Shown one piece after another: positions 19,247 to 30,078 of a DNA stretch of 64,000 bases. The DNA lies in the NCBI GenBank assembly GCA_963697545.1, contig CAVOOL010000022.1:12979-76978 (forward strand), in the 5' to 3' direction. Below the pieces are notes generated by a model. The model made no database searches. It worked only from the letters and a program-made list of their open reading frames with translations, and was not told the DNA's origin. Numbering within the stretch: the first letter of the stretch is position 1; the number at the start of each line of letters is the position of its first letter. The position numbers and the translations under genes were made by a program. The stretch is from an uncultured Bacteroidota bacterium (lineage in GTDB: Bacteria; Bacteroidota; Bacteroidia; Chitinophagales; Chitinophagaceae).

Positions 19247-20054
19247 TCAGTTTTTGTTAGTGAATAGTAAGGAGATCCAGTTATTCTTTTCTGTTTGTTT
19301 CACCAGCTCAAGTTCGTTTGCATTACACGCCTGAATAATATCTTCTCCATCGCTGGTCATAAGACCGCTTAATAATAAGTATCCATCTTCGGCTAACATT
19401 TTTTTCAGTTGGGGTAAATATTGAAGAATGACGTTCCGGTTGATGTTGGCTAAAATAATATCAAACGCTTGGTCCGGAAGTATAGACGACAATTGGATGT
19501 CGATATTGCGGCACCCGTTTTTTTCTATATTCTCTTTTGCATTTTCAATGCTCCATATCATCCACATCAATTGCTGAAACCCTTGCTGCGCCTAGTTTTT
19601 CTGCCAATATCGCCAGTATGCCGGTCCCGGTTCCAAAGTCAAACACGGTTTTGCCGGTGAAATCAATTTCTGCCATTTGCTCAATCATCATGTAGGTTGT
19701 AGCATGATGGCCGGTGCCAAAACTCATTTTGGGCGTGATGATGATTTCATGTTCCATGTTTTGTACTGGTTCATGAAAATCGGCTCTTATCGCACAAAAA
19801 TCATCCACGATCACAGGTTGGAAATTACTTTCCCATACCTCGTTCCAGTTTTGTTCTTTTATGGTTGTCATTGTAAACGAGTAATTGTGCAAAAGCCGGT
19901 TTACTTCGTAGCTGTCAAAATTGTTTTCGGCAAAATAGGCGATCAGGCTGTCTTCCGTTTGCTCAAAACCGTTAGCACTTAATTCATCTAACTGGCTGAT
20001 CAGGATCTCTTGTTGTTCTTCATTCGCCTGGATCGTTATCTGGATACTGTTCAT
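19247..20054 (-). CDS. prmA: Ribosomal protein L11 methyltransferase, frameshift near 19555
   Basis: PKMSFGTGHHATT and DFGTGTGILA, then ILANINRN and LLLSG in the second frame. Confidence 0.92.
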
Positions 20055-20067
20055 TGTATAAAATTAA

Positions 20068-20091
20068 AAAGGCTGTCGGTTGACAGCCTTT
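20068..20091 (-). terminator. Terminator after pnp
   Basis: AAAGGCTGTC-ggtt-GACAGCCTTT. Confidence 0.75.
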
Positions 20092-20110
20092 CATTAGAAA
20101 CTAAATATCA

Positions 20111-22401
20111 TTATTGTTCATTCTGATCGGTTCCTGTTTCCCGGGCACTTTCCTGCTGACCTGCCCTGGTTTCTTTCGATCCGTGGCCTTTCTCCACGCT
20201 GTCCTTCAACTCTTTGGCCGTTTCCTTCGCGGGGACGTTCATCTCTTTGCCCTTCCGGCTTCGGCAACAATATTTTTCTGGACAACTTGAATTTACCGGT
20301 TTTTGGATCAGTGCCGGTCAATTTCACTTTTACCTTATCACCTTCGTTTAAAACACCTTCCAGGGTTTCCAAACGCTTCCAGCTTACTTCAGAAATATGC
20401 AACAAACCTTGTTTACCCGGCAAAAATTCAACAAATGCACCATAAGGCATAATGGATTTTACAACGGCTTCGTATTCATCACCAACAGTTGGCACCGCCA
20501 CAATTCCTTTCACCCAGTTGTGCGCCTTGTCTACTTCTTCTTTATCTGTACCAAAGATGCTAACTTCACCCATGTTGTTCTTTTCTTCAATATTGATGGT
20601 AGTACCGGTTTCACGTTGAATTTCCTGGATCACTTTACCACCAGGCCCGATCACCGCGCCAATAAATTCACGGTCAATAAACATTTTCACCATTCTTGGT
20701 GCATGTGGTTTCACATCCGGTCTGGCCTCTGGCTATGCAATTATACATCGCATCCAGAATATGCAATCTTCCGCGACGTGCCTGCTCCAGTGCCTGGCGC
20801 ATCACTTCCATGCTTAAACCATCTACTTTAATATCCATTTGGATACCGCAGATACCATCACGGGTACCGGTTACTTTAAAATCCATATCACCCAGATGAT
20901 CTTCATCACCCAGGATATCGGTCAGTACAGCAAACTTATCCATCTTTGGAGATCAAGACCCATCGCTACACCACCAACGTGTTTTGGAATAGGAACACCT
21001 GCATCCATTAATGCCAAGTGAACCGGCACAAACCGTAGCCATGGAAGAAGAACCATTTGATTCAAGGATATCACTCACTACACGAACTGTATAAGCATAA
21101 TCACCACTTGGCATCATTTGCTTTAGAGAACGCTTCGCCAGGTTACCATGACCTACTTCGCGGCGGCCCGGACCTCTTAAAAATTTTACCTCACCGGTTG
21201 AAAATGGAGGGAAATTATAGTGTAAAATAGAATTTGGAATAATCTGATTTAGCAGCACTTTCAACCAGCAATTCATCTAAAGGAGTACCCAAGGTAACTG
21301 TTGTAAGTGATTGTGTTTCACCTCTTGTGAACAATGCAGCACCATGTGGAGTAGGAAGTACATCTACTTCCATATCCAGTGGACGAACATCTTCCAGACC
21401 TCTTCCATCCAAGCGGATCTTGTCATTTAGGATCATATCCCGAACGACATGATACTGCAGATCGCCAAAATAATTTTTTACCAGTTTTTTAATGTCATCC
21501 GCTATTTCTTCACCTTCAGGAAGATTGGCTTCCTTGGTCAGAGTTTGCTATGATTTCTTCTATAGATTGCATTATATGCTTCTTTGCGTGCAGCTTTTTG
21601 CAGGTTGGCTCTTGAAAATGTCAGCCATTTTATTCTGTAGCCGAGTTCATTCTACCCTTTTCTCCAATAGTCTCATTTGCTTCAGGTTTTGGATAGTCTC
21701 TTTTTCGTAATACACCTACCATATCTCTCAATTCCTGCTGTGCCTTTATCTGAACACGAATGGCATCATGAGCAACTTCCAATGCTTCAATAAGGTCTTC
21801 TTCACTGCATTCCTTTGCTTCGCCTTCCACCATCATAATGTTCTTTTCGGTGGCGGCAATGATAAAATCCATATCTGACTTTTCCATTTCGCTACGGGTC
21901 GGGTTGATTATGAACTGACCATCAATCCGACTAACCCTTACTTCAGAAATAATTTCCTGGATGGGAATGTTAGAAACCGCCAGCGCAGCGGAAGCAGCAA
22001 GACAAGCCATCGCATCGGGCATGATTTCCGATCGGAAGAAATAAGCGTAACAATTACCTGCACTTCGCAGAAATAATCTTCAGGGAAAAGCGGACGTAAG
22101 AGCTCTGTCAATCAGGCGGGAGGTCAATATTTCACAATCGTTGAGCCTTCCTTCTCTTTTAAAGAAAGAACCCGGAATACGACCGGCAGAAGCAAATTTT
22201 TCCATGTAATCTACGCTTAATGGAAAAAAGTCCTGTCCTTCTTTTGGTTCTTCTGTGGCTACTAACGGTAGCTAAAAGAATACAGTTGCCCATTTTTACG
22301 GTAACTGAGCCATCGGCCTGGCGGGCAAGGCGACCGGTTTCCATGGTCACTTCGCGGCCATCGCCTATATCAAATGTTTTACTGAATTTTTGTGATAACA
22401 T
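20111..22401 (-). CDS. pnp: Polynucleotide phosphorylase, at least six frameshifts
   Basis: [53 protein letters not shown] (IGPGGK) and S1 domains across fragments; downstream of rpsO. Confidence 0.95.
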
Positions 22402-22448
22402 AAGTTGATTTTGAGGGGTTAGTGATTGCTGAAAAATAAGACGGTATA

Positions 22449-22487
22449 AAAGCCAAAACCCAACTGATGTTAGTTGGGAGGCGGCTT
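22449..22487 (-). terminator. Hairpin between rpsO and pnp
   Basis: CCCAACT/AGTTGGG stem with flanking AGCC/GGCT. Confidence 0.55.
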
Positions 22488-22506
22488 ATAGTTGTTAATA
22501 GTTGTC

Positions 22507-22776
22507 TTATTTTCTGATGCCCAGTTTCTCAATTAATGAGCGGTAACCCTGAAGGTTATGTTTTTGCAGGTAATTTAACAAGCGACGGCGCTTACCTACC
22601 AGTTGCATTAAACCGCGGTGAGTGGAGAAATCTTTTTTGTTTTGTTGCAGATGAGCTGAGATTTGAGCAATGCGTTCGGTTAACAAAGCAATCTGACCCT
22701 CAATGGAACCTGTGTTGGTTTCTTTTCCGCCGTAAGTAGCGAAGATTCCAGCTTTTTTTTCTTTAGTTAATGACAT
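22507..22776 (-). CDS. rpsO: 30S ribosomal protein S15
   Basis: TGSIEGQIALLT..I, KKDFSTHRGL..LVGKRRRLLNYL and LGIRK motifs. Confidence 0.98.
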   Translation of the reverse strand: MSLTKEKKAGIFATYGGKETNTGSIEGQIALLTERIAQISAHLQQNKKDFSTHRGLMQLVGKRRRLLNYLQKHNLQGYRSLIEKLGIRK

Positions 22777-22891
22777 CTTTAATTTTTTTGAAATTGCATC
22801 CGATTAGATACCTAAGTATATTTTGGCGGCAAAGGTAAGGGAATTTAAAGAAATTTAAACGGAAAAATCGTATTTAAGAAGGACTTAAGAG

Positions 22892-22963
22892 TTTATGAAC
22901 CCGGCAAGAATTACTTTGGCTTCTTCTGCTCGAAGCTGACTACGTTGCGTCGCACTCTTGTAC
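22892..22963 (-). repeat. GTACAAGAGTGCGACGCAAC-family repeat
   Basis: Exact 20-mer at 22944-22963 (minus) plus a tail ending GTTCATAAA. Confidence 0.85.
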
Positions 22964-23057
22964 GCTTTGTTCTAAACTCAGCATAACAGCGAGCTTTCAA
23001 TAAAGTATAAAAGAGGAATTGGACGCCGGCAAAAGCCCGCCGGATTAAATTTGCCGG

Positions 23058-23669
23058 ATGAATGAAATATCTGCCGATACAAAAGCCATTTTGGGTCTTC
23101 AGCTTCCTACCGATCCGCGCTGGGTAAACCTTGCAGAAAAATCATTGGAAGAGGTGTTGACCGACCACGCCTATTGCGAACAGAAAGCGGCCACAACCTG
23201 TATTTCTTTAATTCAGCGCTACAACCAAAAAGAAAAACTGGTAACCCAGCTGGCCCCTATTGTCACAGAAGAATGGGGACATTTCCGGCTGGTGCTGGCG
23301 GAGTTACAAAAGCGGGGCTTAAAACTGGGCCGGCAAAGAAAGGATGAGTATGTAAATGCGCTGGTTCAGTTTTGCCAGACAGGCGGCGCCGAAGAAGGGC
23401 GGCTGTTAGACCAGCTACTGATGATGGCCATGATTGAAGCCCGCAGTTGTGAACGCTTTAAGCGGTTAAGTGAAGGTTTGGAAGATGAATACCTGCGCAA
23501 GTTTTACCGGCGGTTTATGGAAAGCGAAGCCGGCCACTACACCTTGTTTATAGAGCTGGCAGAAACCTATATTGACAAGGAAAAAGTTAGAAAGCGCTGG
23601 AAGGAATGGCTGGACTATGAATCGGAAATAATAAAGAAGCTGGAACTGCGGGGTGACAGAATGCATTGA
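23058..23669 (+). CDS. miaE: tRNA-(ms2io6A)-hydroxylase
   Basis: LTDHAYCEQKAA, EEWGHF, IEARSCERF and SEAGHY motifs. Confidence 0.93.
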   Translation: MNEISADTKAILGLQLPTDPRWVNLAEKSLEEVLTDHAYCEQKAATTCISLIQRYNQKEKLVTQLAPIVTEEWGHFRLVLAELQKRGLKLGRQRKDEYVNALVQFCQTGGAEEGRLLDQLLMMAMIEARSCERFKRLSEGLEDEYLRKFYRRFMESEAGHYTLFIELAETYIDKEKVRKRWKEWLDYESEIIKKLELRGDRMH

Positions 23670-23754
23670 ACGGCGGAATGACAAACAAAAAATTCATTGG
23701 GAATTACCTGTGGCCTTAGAGATCGGCAACTCTATTAAATTGACTTTTCACTAT

Positions 23755-24747
23755 TCACCTTTGAAATAAATCAAGTTCTTTTTCAAAATTCAGGTAGGGA
23801 TACTGCTCTTTTAGTTTACACGTTTTTTGATAAAAGGATTGAAGAAACTTCCGGTGCTGGGCCGAGCCTGCATTGAAAGGCTTGTGTTGAAAGGCAAGGT
23901 TGATAGCATGAATTTCTTCCATTAGTGTTTTGGTGTTTTCATTCATACAGGCATCCACAAACTTTTCCCAAACGTATTGCGTGGCAAAATAATTGGGATG
24001 TACAAGATCTTCTGCATAAAAACGATAGTCACGCAGATCATCAATCACCAGCTCATAAGCAGGAAAATAATACAGCTTTTCAAATTTATCTACCAGGTGG
24101 TGAACCGCATGAATCAACACGGCCTTGCTTCGATTGTTTTCCACCACTCCTTCCCGCAAATGCCTGACAGGGCTGATGGTAAAAATGATCTTTAATTTTT
24201 GATTAAATAAAAACAGCCGGTGAATCATGTTGTCCAGCACCTTTAAAACTTCTTCGATGGTCATTAGCCTTCGGTGAAACCAATCGGCCGGTGCTTTGTG
24301 GTTATTGGCTGCCACCGAACCCACTTTGGCATTACTCGCTTTTTCTGTTAAGGTATAAATCCACGCCGAGCCAAGTGTGATCATGACATGGTCGGCATTT
24401 TTTAAATAGTCATGGGCCTCCTGCGTTGACGTATTGATCTTGTTTACAGTTTCCGGAACGTTCAAGCCGGAAAAGCGGCTGTGATGCTTCCAGCTGTGCC
24501 AGCCTTCATTTAAATTGAATAAATCGTTTTCTGTCAGCCGGGCATTTTCAACATAGCTGGTCAGGGCTTCGGCCACACTTACCGGGTTGAATAAAATGCC
24601 ATTGGGATTTTCCAGTACAGAGAATTTATGCTTCTTTAATTTCTCCCCTATATTTTCGGTAAAGCAGGAGCCGATCAAAAACAATTTATCCTTGTGTGTG
24701 ATTGGCTGCGGCAGCTTTTTTATATCAAATTCAAAATGAAACTTCAT
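23755..24747 (-). CDS. GSCFA domain protein
   Basis: IGSCFTENIG, TISPVRH, YFPAYE and DLVHPN motifs. Confidence 0.9.
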   Translation of the reverse strand: MKFHFEFDIKKLPQPITHKDKLFLIGSCFTENIGEKLKKHKFSVLENPNGILFNPVSVAEALTSYVENARLTENDLFNLNEGWHSWKHHSRFSGLNVPETVNKINTSTQEAHDYLKNADHVMITLGSAWIYTLTEKASNAKVGSVAANNHKAPADWFHRRLMTIEEVLKVLDNMIHRLFLFNQKLKIIFTISPVRHLREGVVENNRSKAVLIHAVHHLVDKFEKLYYFPAYELVIDDLRDYRFYAEDLVHPNYFATQYVWEKFVDACMNENTKTLMEEIHAINLAFQHKPFNAGSAQHRKFLQSFYQKTCKLKEQYPYLNFEKELDLFQR

Positions 24748-24776
24748 TGCGCTAACACAAATTTTTGAAACAGAAA

Positions 24777-25684
24777 TTATACGAATATTTCCGAGGCCAG
24801 TTGCAGGCTTTTTTGCAAGGCTTCTTTATTTAAATTACCAGTGAGCTTTTTTTCTTCCAGATAGGAAATGATGAATTCCGTATTCATATTTCCCACCAGG
24901 TCGTCTTGTGCCATGGGACAGCCGCCAATACCTTTTAAGGCCCCGTCAAAACGCCTGCAGCCGGCATTTACAGCAGCTTCCAGTTTCTCTTTCCAGTTTG
25001 TTGGTGTGGAATGAAGATGAACACCGAAAACAATATCCGGATATTTAGGAATTAAAGAATTTAAGGCAAACGAAATTTGATCAGGCGTTGCCAATCCAAC
25101 GGTGTCTGCCAACGAAATAATTTTAATGTCTCTTTTTACCATTTCATCAGCCCATTTCAATACGATTTCTTCATTGTAATCGTCGCCATACGGGTTGCCA
25201 AATCCCATGCTTAAATAAATAACCAGTTGCTTTTTATTCTGTAAACATAGATTTTGTATCTCCTCTACCCTGGTCAAACTTTCTTCCATGGTACTATTGG
25301 TATTTCGCTGCTGAAAAGTGGGTGAAATGGAAAAGGGAAATCCCAGGTAGGTTATGGCTTCATAAGCCATTGCTTCTTCGGCTCCGCGAACATTTGCTAC
25401 GATAGCCAACAACTTCGATCTTGTATCTTCCAACTTCTAACTTGGCAATAACTTCCCTGGTATCTGCCATTTGCGGAATGGCTTTGGCAGAGACAAAACT
25501 TCCAAAGTCAATGGTATCAAATCCAACCTGTAGCAGGGAATTGATGTATTCAATCTTTTTTTCAGTGGGAATAAAATGCTTCCATCCCTGCATCGCATCC
25601 CTGGGACATTCTATAAGTTGAATTCCCCCTGTCCCCCTAAAGGGGAGACTTAGATCAGTGAAGTGCCTTTTTTATCTCAGACAT
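24777..25684 (-). CDS. Hydroxymethylglutaryl-CoA lyase, frameshift near 25425; start uncertain and inside a repeat element
   Basis: IECPRDAMQG, DFGSFVS..AIPQMADT, GVHLH and GIGGCPMA motifs. Confidence 0.88.
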
Positions 25685-25922
25685 TTATTCATAATTGTAA
25701 TATTACTATGCAAAAAAAATGTATTAGTGAGACTAAAATTCTAAGACTTGCTTGCACAATCTGAATAGCCTTACAGAACGTATAAGAGTGCGACGCAAAA
25801 AGATGAAGTAGCAATACTAGCTCAGTACTAAAAATTAATATTCAGAACTAAAAAATGTTTGAGACGGAAATAAACTAAGCCACCTAAGTCCTAAGTCGGT
25901 CCCCTTTAGGGGGACAGGGGGA
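25624..25922. mobile_element. MITE-like element of about 300 bp with 30-bp inverted ends and an internal AAGAGTGCGACGCAA repeat
   Basis: TCCCCCTGTCCCCCTAAAGGGGA..GACTTAG at 25624-25653 and inverted at 25891-25922; repeat at 25780-25833; no transposase. Confidence 0.65.
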
Positions 25923-26679
25923 GTCGCTGTTTCATGGCTTCGTACAAGATCATTCCTGTGGCAACGGATACATTCAATGATTCAAAATCACCTGTCATAG
26001 GAATCTTGAATTTTTCATCACATACTTTCATCAGGGCCGGATAAATTCCTTTTTCTTCACTGCCCATTATAATGGCAGCCGGTTCTTTAAAGTCAACCTC
26101 AAAGACGTTTTTTGCAGCCGTCATTTCACTGGCTAAAACCTTAATGCCATTTAAATGTAATTCGTCAACGGCTTTCATTAAACTGTTGACGCGGCAAATG
26201 GCAATTTTTTCCAAAGCACCGGCGGAGGTAAGCACGGCATCTTCATTTAAGGCGCCAACGCCTTTGTCAGGAATAATGATGGCCTGTACGCCGGTACAAA
26301 AAGCTGTCCGGGCAATACCGCCAATGTTCCGCACATCCGTAATGCCATCCAGTATTAAAAAAAGCGGTACTTCACCTTTTTCAACCACCCACGAAATTAC
26401 TTGTTGCAAATCCTGGTAATGAACTTTTGAAAGCAAGCCAACACAACCTTCATGGTCTGGTATATTAAAGCTGTTTAGCTTTTCAACAGGCACATAATTA
26501 ACCGGAATATTGTGCTGTGCGGCCAGATTTTTGATCTGGCTGATGGCATCGCCAACTGCCTTTGTGTAGAGATAAATCCGGTCTAAAGCTTTTCCTGATT
26601 GTATGGCTTCAATAAGGGCATTTCTTCCAATAATGAGGGAGCTCTTTTTGGGTCTATGCTGGGGTCTGAAATTTTTCAC
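25906..26679 (-). CDS. rlmB: 23S rRNA (G2251-2'-O)-methyltransferase
   Basis: LDGITDVRNIGGIAR, MGSEEKG and SLNVSVA SPOUT motifs; GTG start. Confidence 0.93.
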   Translation of the reverse strand: MKNFRPQHRPKKSSLIIGRNALIEAIQSGKALDRIYLYTKAVGDAISQIKNLAAQHNIPVNYVPVEKLNSFNIPDHEGCVGLLSKVHYQDLQQVISWVVEKGEVPLFLILDGITDVRNIGGIARTAFCTGVQAIIIPDKGVGALNEDAVLTSAGALEKIAICRVNSLMKAVDELHLNGIKVLASEMTAAKNVFEVDFKEPAAIIMGSEEKGIYPALMKVCDEKFKIPMTGDFESLNVSVATGMILYEAMKQRLPLSP

Positions 26680-26731
26680 CTGTCAAAAGTAAGGCAGTAG
26701 TAAAAGAAAACAGAAGTAATTACGATTAACC

Positions 26732-27216
26732 CTATTGCTTCTTGCTGATAGCCAAAGGAAAAGCGATAAGAAGAAAAAGCACAACAACGCCAACCAGGAT
26801 AAATTTGATGACAGCGCAGTAAAAAACTACTTGCATAACAGAGGGTTGAAACCGGCTGCTAAAAGTCAGTAACATCAGGAAATTTTCCAGGACATCGAAA
26901 CCGGCGGCTGCAACGGCCATTGAAATGGCCCGGTCACTCCAGTTTCCCATTTCAACCTTTGTTTAATGAACCTGATGGCCGCAATAAAAAACCAGGTGTA
27001 GGCAGCAATGAAAAGAAAGTCCAGGAGAATATTTAGTGTAACATTATCAGCGTTCCAGAATAACTGCAACTGGTGTAACCGTTCAGGCGTTTTTGCGAAT
27101 TCCAGGTCGAGGATACCATTTTGACTTACCGGCGTAATCAACGTGCTGCCCTGCCAGCGCATGATAAAAATGCTTGCCAGCAATAGTAAAAAAGAAATGA
27201 GAATGCTTCTTTTCAT
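26732..27216 (-). CDS. Hypothetical membrane protein, frameshift near 26945
   Basis: Two hydrophobic ORFs (LDFLFIAAY; FDVLEN) that join into one four-TM protein. Confidence 0.7.
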
Positions 27217-27230
27217 AGGCTGAAAATTAA

Positions 27231-27256
27231 AAAACCTCTGTCTAAACAGAGGTTTT
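27231..27256 (-). terminator. Terminator after metK
   Basis: AAAACCTCTGT-ctaa-ACAGAGGTTTT. Confidence 0.8.
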
Positions 27257-27276
27257 ATAATGTGGTTGTAAATTAT

Positions 27277-28530
27277 TTATTTAATTCCAAAAGCTTTTTT
27301 CACTTTTGGCACATAATCCAGTTTCTCCCAGGTAAATAATTCAACTTTCTTTTTAACAACTTTTCCATCAGGTGTAGCAAACTCTTTGGTTACCACTTCA
27401 GGTTTACGGCCCATGTGTCCATAAGCTGCTGTTTCGCTGTAAATAGGATTACGCAATTTCAAACGCTGTTCAATAAAGTAAGGACGCATATCAAAAATGC
27501 CTTCTACAATCTTAGCAATTTCGCCATCACTTAAGTCCACTTTTGCCGTGCCATAAGTATTTACATTCATACTGGTTGGCTGGGCAACACCAATAGCATA
27601 GGAAACCTGCACCAGTACTTCATCGCAAACACCGGCAGCAACCAGGTTTTTGGCAATGTGACGTGTAGCATAAGCAGCCGAGCGGTCAACTTTTGAAGGA
27701 TCTTTTCCGCTAAAAGCACCACCACCATGTGCACCTTTTCCACCATAGGTATCAACAATGATTTTACGGCCGGTTAATCCTGTATCGCCATGCGGACCAC
27801 CGATTACAAACTTACCGGTTGGGTTGATATGGTATTTAATATTGTTGTTGAAAAGCTTAGCGTATTTTTTGTATTTGGCTTTTACACGTGGGATTAAAAT
27901 ATTGATGATATCTTTTTTGATTTGCTCCAGCATTTTTGCTTCTGTACCAAAATCATCATGCTGGGTAGAAACCACAATGGCATCAATGCGCACCGGGCGG
28001 TTATTGTCATCATATTCCAGGGTCACCTGGCTTTTTGCATCAGGACGCAAATATTTAATTTGCTTATTCTCACGGCGTAATGCAGCCAGTTCCTGTAAAA
28101 GTTTATGGGCAAGATCTAATGCCAAGGGCATGTAGTCTTCTGTTTCATTGGTGGCATAACCAAACATCATTCCCTGGTCGCCGGCACCTTGTTCTTCTTT
28201 TTTCTTTTTGTCAACACCCTGGTTAATATCAGCTGATTGTTCATGAATAGCAGAAAGAATACCGCAGGAATTAGCTTCAAACATATATTCGCTTTTGGTA
28301 TAACCAATTTTGCGAATTACCTCGCGGGCAATTTCCTGTACATCCAGATAAGCCTTTGACTTTACTTCACCTGCTAATACAACCTGTCCTGTAGTAACCA
28401 GTGTTTCGCAGGCAACTTTTGAATTAGGATCAAATGCTAAGAAATTATCAATCAATGCATCGGAGATCTGGTCGGCAACTTTATCCGGGTGTCCTTCCGA
28501 TACGCTTTCTGATGTAAATAAATAAGGCAT
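27277..28530 (-). CDS. metK: S-adenosylmethionine synthetase
   Basis: [19 protein letters not shown] and [16 protein letters not shown] motifs. Confidence 0.98.
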   Translation of the reverse strand: MPYLFTSESVSEGHPDKVADQISDALIDNFLAFDPNSKVACETLVTTGQVVLAGEVKSKAYLDVQEIAREVIRKIGYTKSEYMFEANSCGILSAIHEQSADINQGVDKKKKEEQGAGDQGMMFGYATNETEDYMPLALDLAHKLLQELAALRRENKQIKYLRPDAKSQVTLEYDDNNRPVRIDAIVVSTQHDDFGTEAKMLEQIKKDIINILIPRVKAKYKKYAKLFNNNIKYHINPTGKFVIGGPHGDTGLTGRKIIVDTYGGKGAHGGGAFSGKDPSKVDRSAAYATRHIAKNLVAAGVCDEVLVQVSYAIGVAQPTSMNVNTYGTAKVDLSDGEIAKIVEGIFDMRPYFIEQRLKLRNPIYSETAAYGHMGRKPEVVTKEFATPDGKVVKKKVELFTWEKLDYVPKVKKAFGIK

Positions 28531-28570
28531 GAAACAAAAAATTGTTATGGTTAGAAATAAAAATCGGGTG

Positions 28571-28578
28571 CAAAGATA
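28571..28578 (-). promoter_or_regulatory. -7 promoter box of metK
   Basis: TATCTTTG, 40 nt before the ATG. Confidence 0.65.
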
Positions 28579-28593
28579 ACACCCGGCTATTAA

Positions 28594-30052
28594 TTATAGA
28601 TTGGAATAAATGATGCGTAAGCGTAAGCGCTGGGAGTCGTCTGTATAAGAACCTCCTGCCAGCACCACACGGCCTTCGGCTATGTTATTGAGCACAGGAA
28701 TGCTTCCAAATCCTGTTTTGTTTAAAGCTGCTTATAAAACCAGGCGCATATTCAGAAGCTCTTAACGGAGCAAATAAACGTAAGGTGTCGGTAGGTTCGT
28801 GCCGGGTAATAACGCCTTGCACAAACCGGGTAATGTTAAACGTGTATTTGCCGGATTTAAGGTTGCCTCCAAACGTAGCAAAATCAAGGCTATTCATTCC
28901 TATGGTCAAATCCCGGTAGAGTAAAAATGCTGTATCAGGTGTTCCATTGCCTTTTCTGTCAAGAAAAAGGCGCGATGGCGGAGTGAATATATTTTCCGAT
29001 GCAGAAGGAATTGCTGTGGCAATCAATTCGGCTCTGTGAATGACTTTGTTACCTAATGAGCTAAGATCCGGAATCAATACGGAGGCATAAGCGCCGGAAG
29101 GAGCTGATTGCAAATAAATCTTATCATCGGAAGCCGCGCCGTTATTTTGATAGCTTGCCCAACCGCCGGACGGTGTTTGTTTTATATAATTTGCCTGTCC
29201 GTGAACCGAATGAACAAAGTCAGTATGCAAAGTATCTTCTGTGCCATTAGAATGCTTAATTCTAAAATAAAAAGTAAGTTTGGTTTTAGCGGTATTGGCA
29301 AGATTAAAATAAGACAATACGTTACCGCTGTTATCAGCCTTCACTGCAAAGCCTGCAAATAATCTTCTGAAGTTATCGCCGCTTGAAGAATCCTTATAAT
29401 AAATTCCGCTGGCGGATGTATCACCGTTTAAAAACCGTGTTGCCAGGGAGTTGTTTAATTTAATCCGCACCACGTTCGCTTCCCTGGCTGTTGTGGTATC
29501 TGTTTTTATGGTAATGGAATCTTTTAAAGAGCTGACACTAAAAGTTTTGGAGCCTAATTCCGATCCAGTAGTAGCAAAATCAGTTGCCGGATCAGCATAA
29601 CGGTAAAGGCTGTCGGCACTAAAGCCTGCATTGGGATCGATCTCATAAACCCTTAAGGTTTGAAGGCCACTCATCGTATCGCCATAACCACCCTGGTAAG
29701 CCAAAGAAAGAACTATAGAGTCCATAACTAAAGTTGAATCTTTGTGTACAAAAGGGTAAACCCCAAGTACTGCCGGCACAATATTAAAATGAAAATTGGC
29801 ATGTGTTTGTCCAAACTCCGGATCATTTAGATCACCTGCGGCTACATAGTCGTTGGGTAACACCTTTGTGGTATCATTAAAACGCAGGTTATTGGTAACC
29901 GTGTTTAAAGCAACTTCAAACGTATTTACATTGTCAACTGCCGGAATCAGGTCGCCACCCAGATCTGTAGCTTCATTAATTTTTTTGCAGGAAACAGTGC
30001 CGATGATAATAAATAAAGCCGCGAGGGAAAAGACCGAAGTGTACTTCTTCAC
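28594..30052 (-). CDS. DUF4270 family lipoprotein, frameshift near 28720
   Basis: Lipobox TVSC; DSIVLSLAY; corrected C-terminus GRVVLAGG...RLRLRIIYSNL; usual position next to the glgA-like gene. Confidence 0.8.
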
Positions 30053-30078
30053 AAATAAAGATTAAAGCAGATTGAAAA

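Noticed and set aside
20111-22401. Pseudogene or programmed-frameshift reading of pnp, fusA, prmA and ppx
   Set aside because: Motifs are intact, no consistent slippery site with a stimulator, and breaks are scattered; sequencing indels are more likely, so they are kept as CDS
22777-22830. Possible S15 autoregulatory leader (ATAC-ttag-GTAT mini-hairpin)
   Set aside because: Plausible by position, but a 4-bp stem cannot be supported without a covariance-model search
28530-28600. SAM riboswitch upstream of metK
   Set aside because: The -7 box is only 40 nt from the ATG and the leader is A/T-rich with no aptamer-like structure
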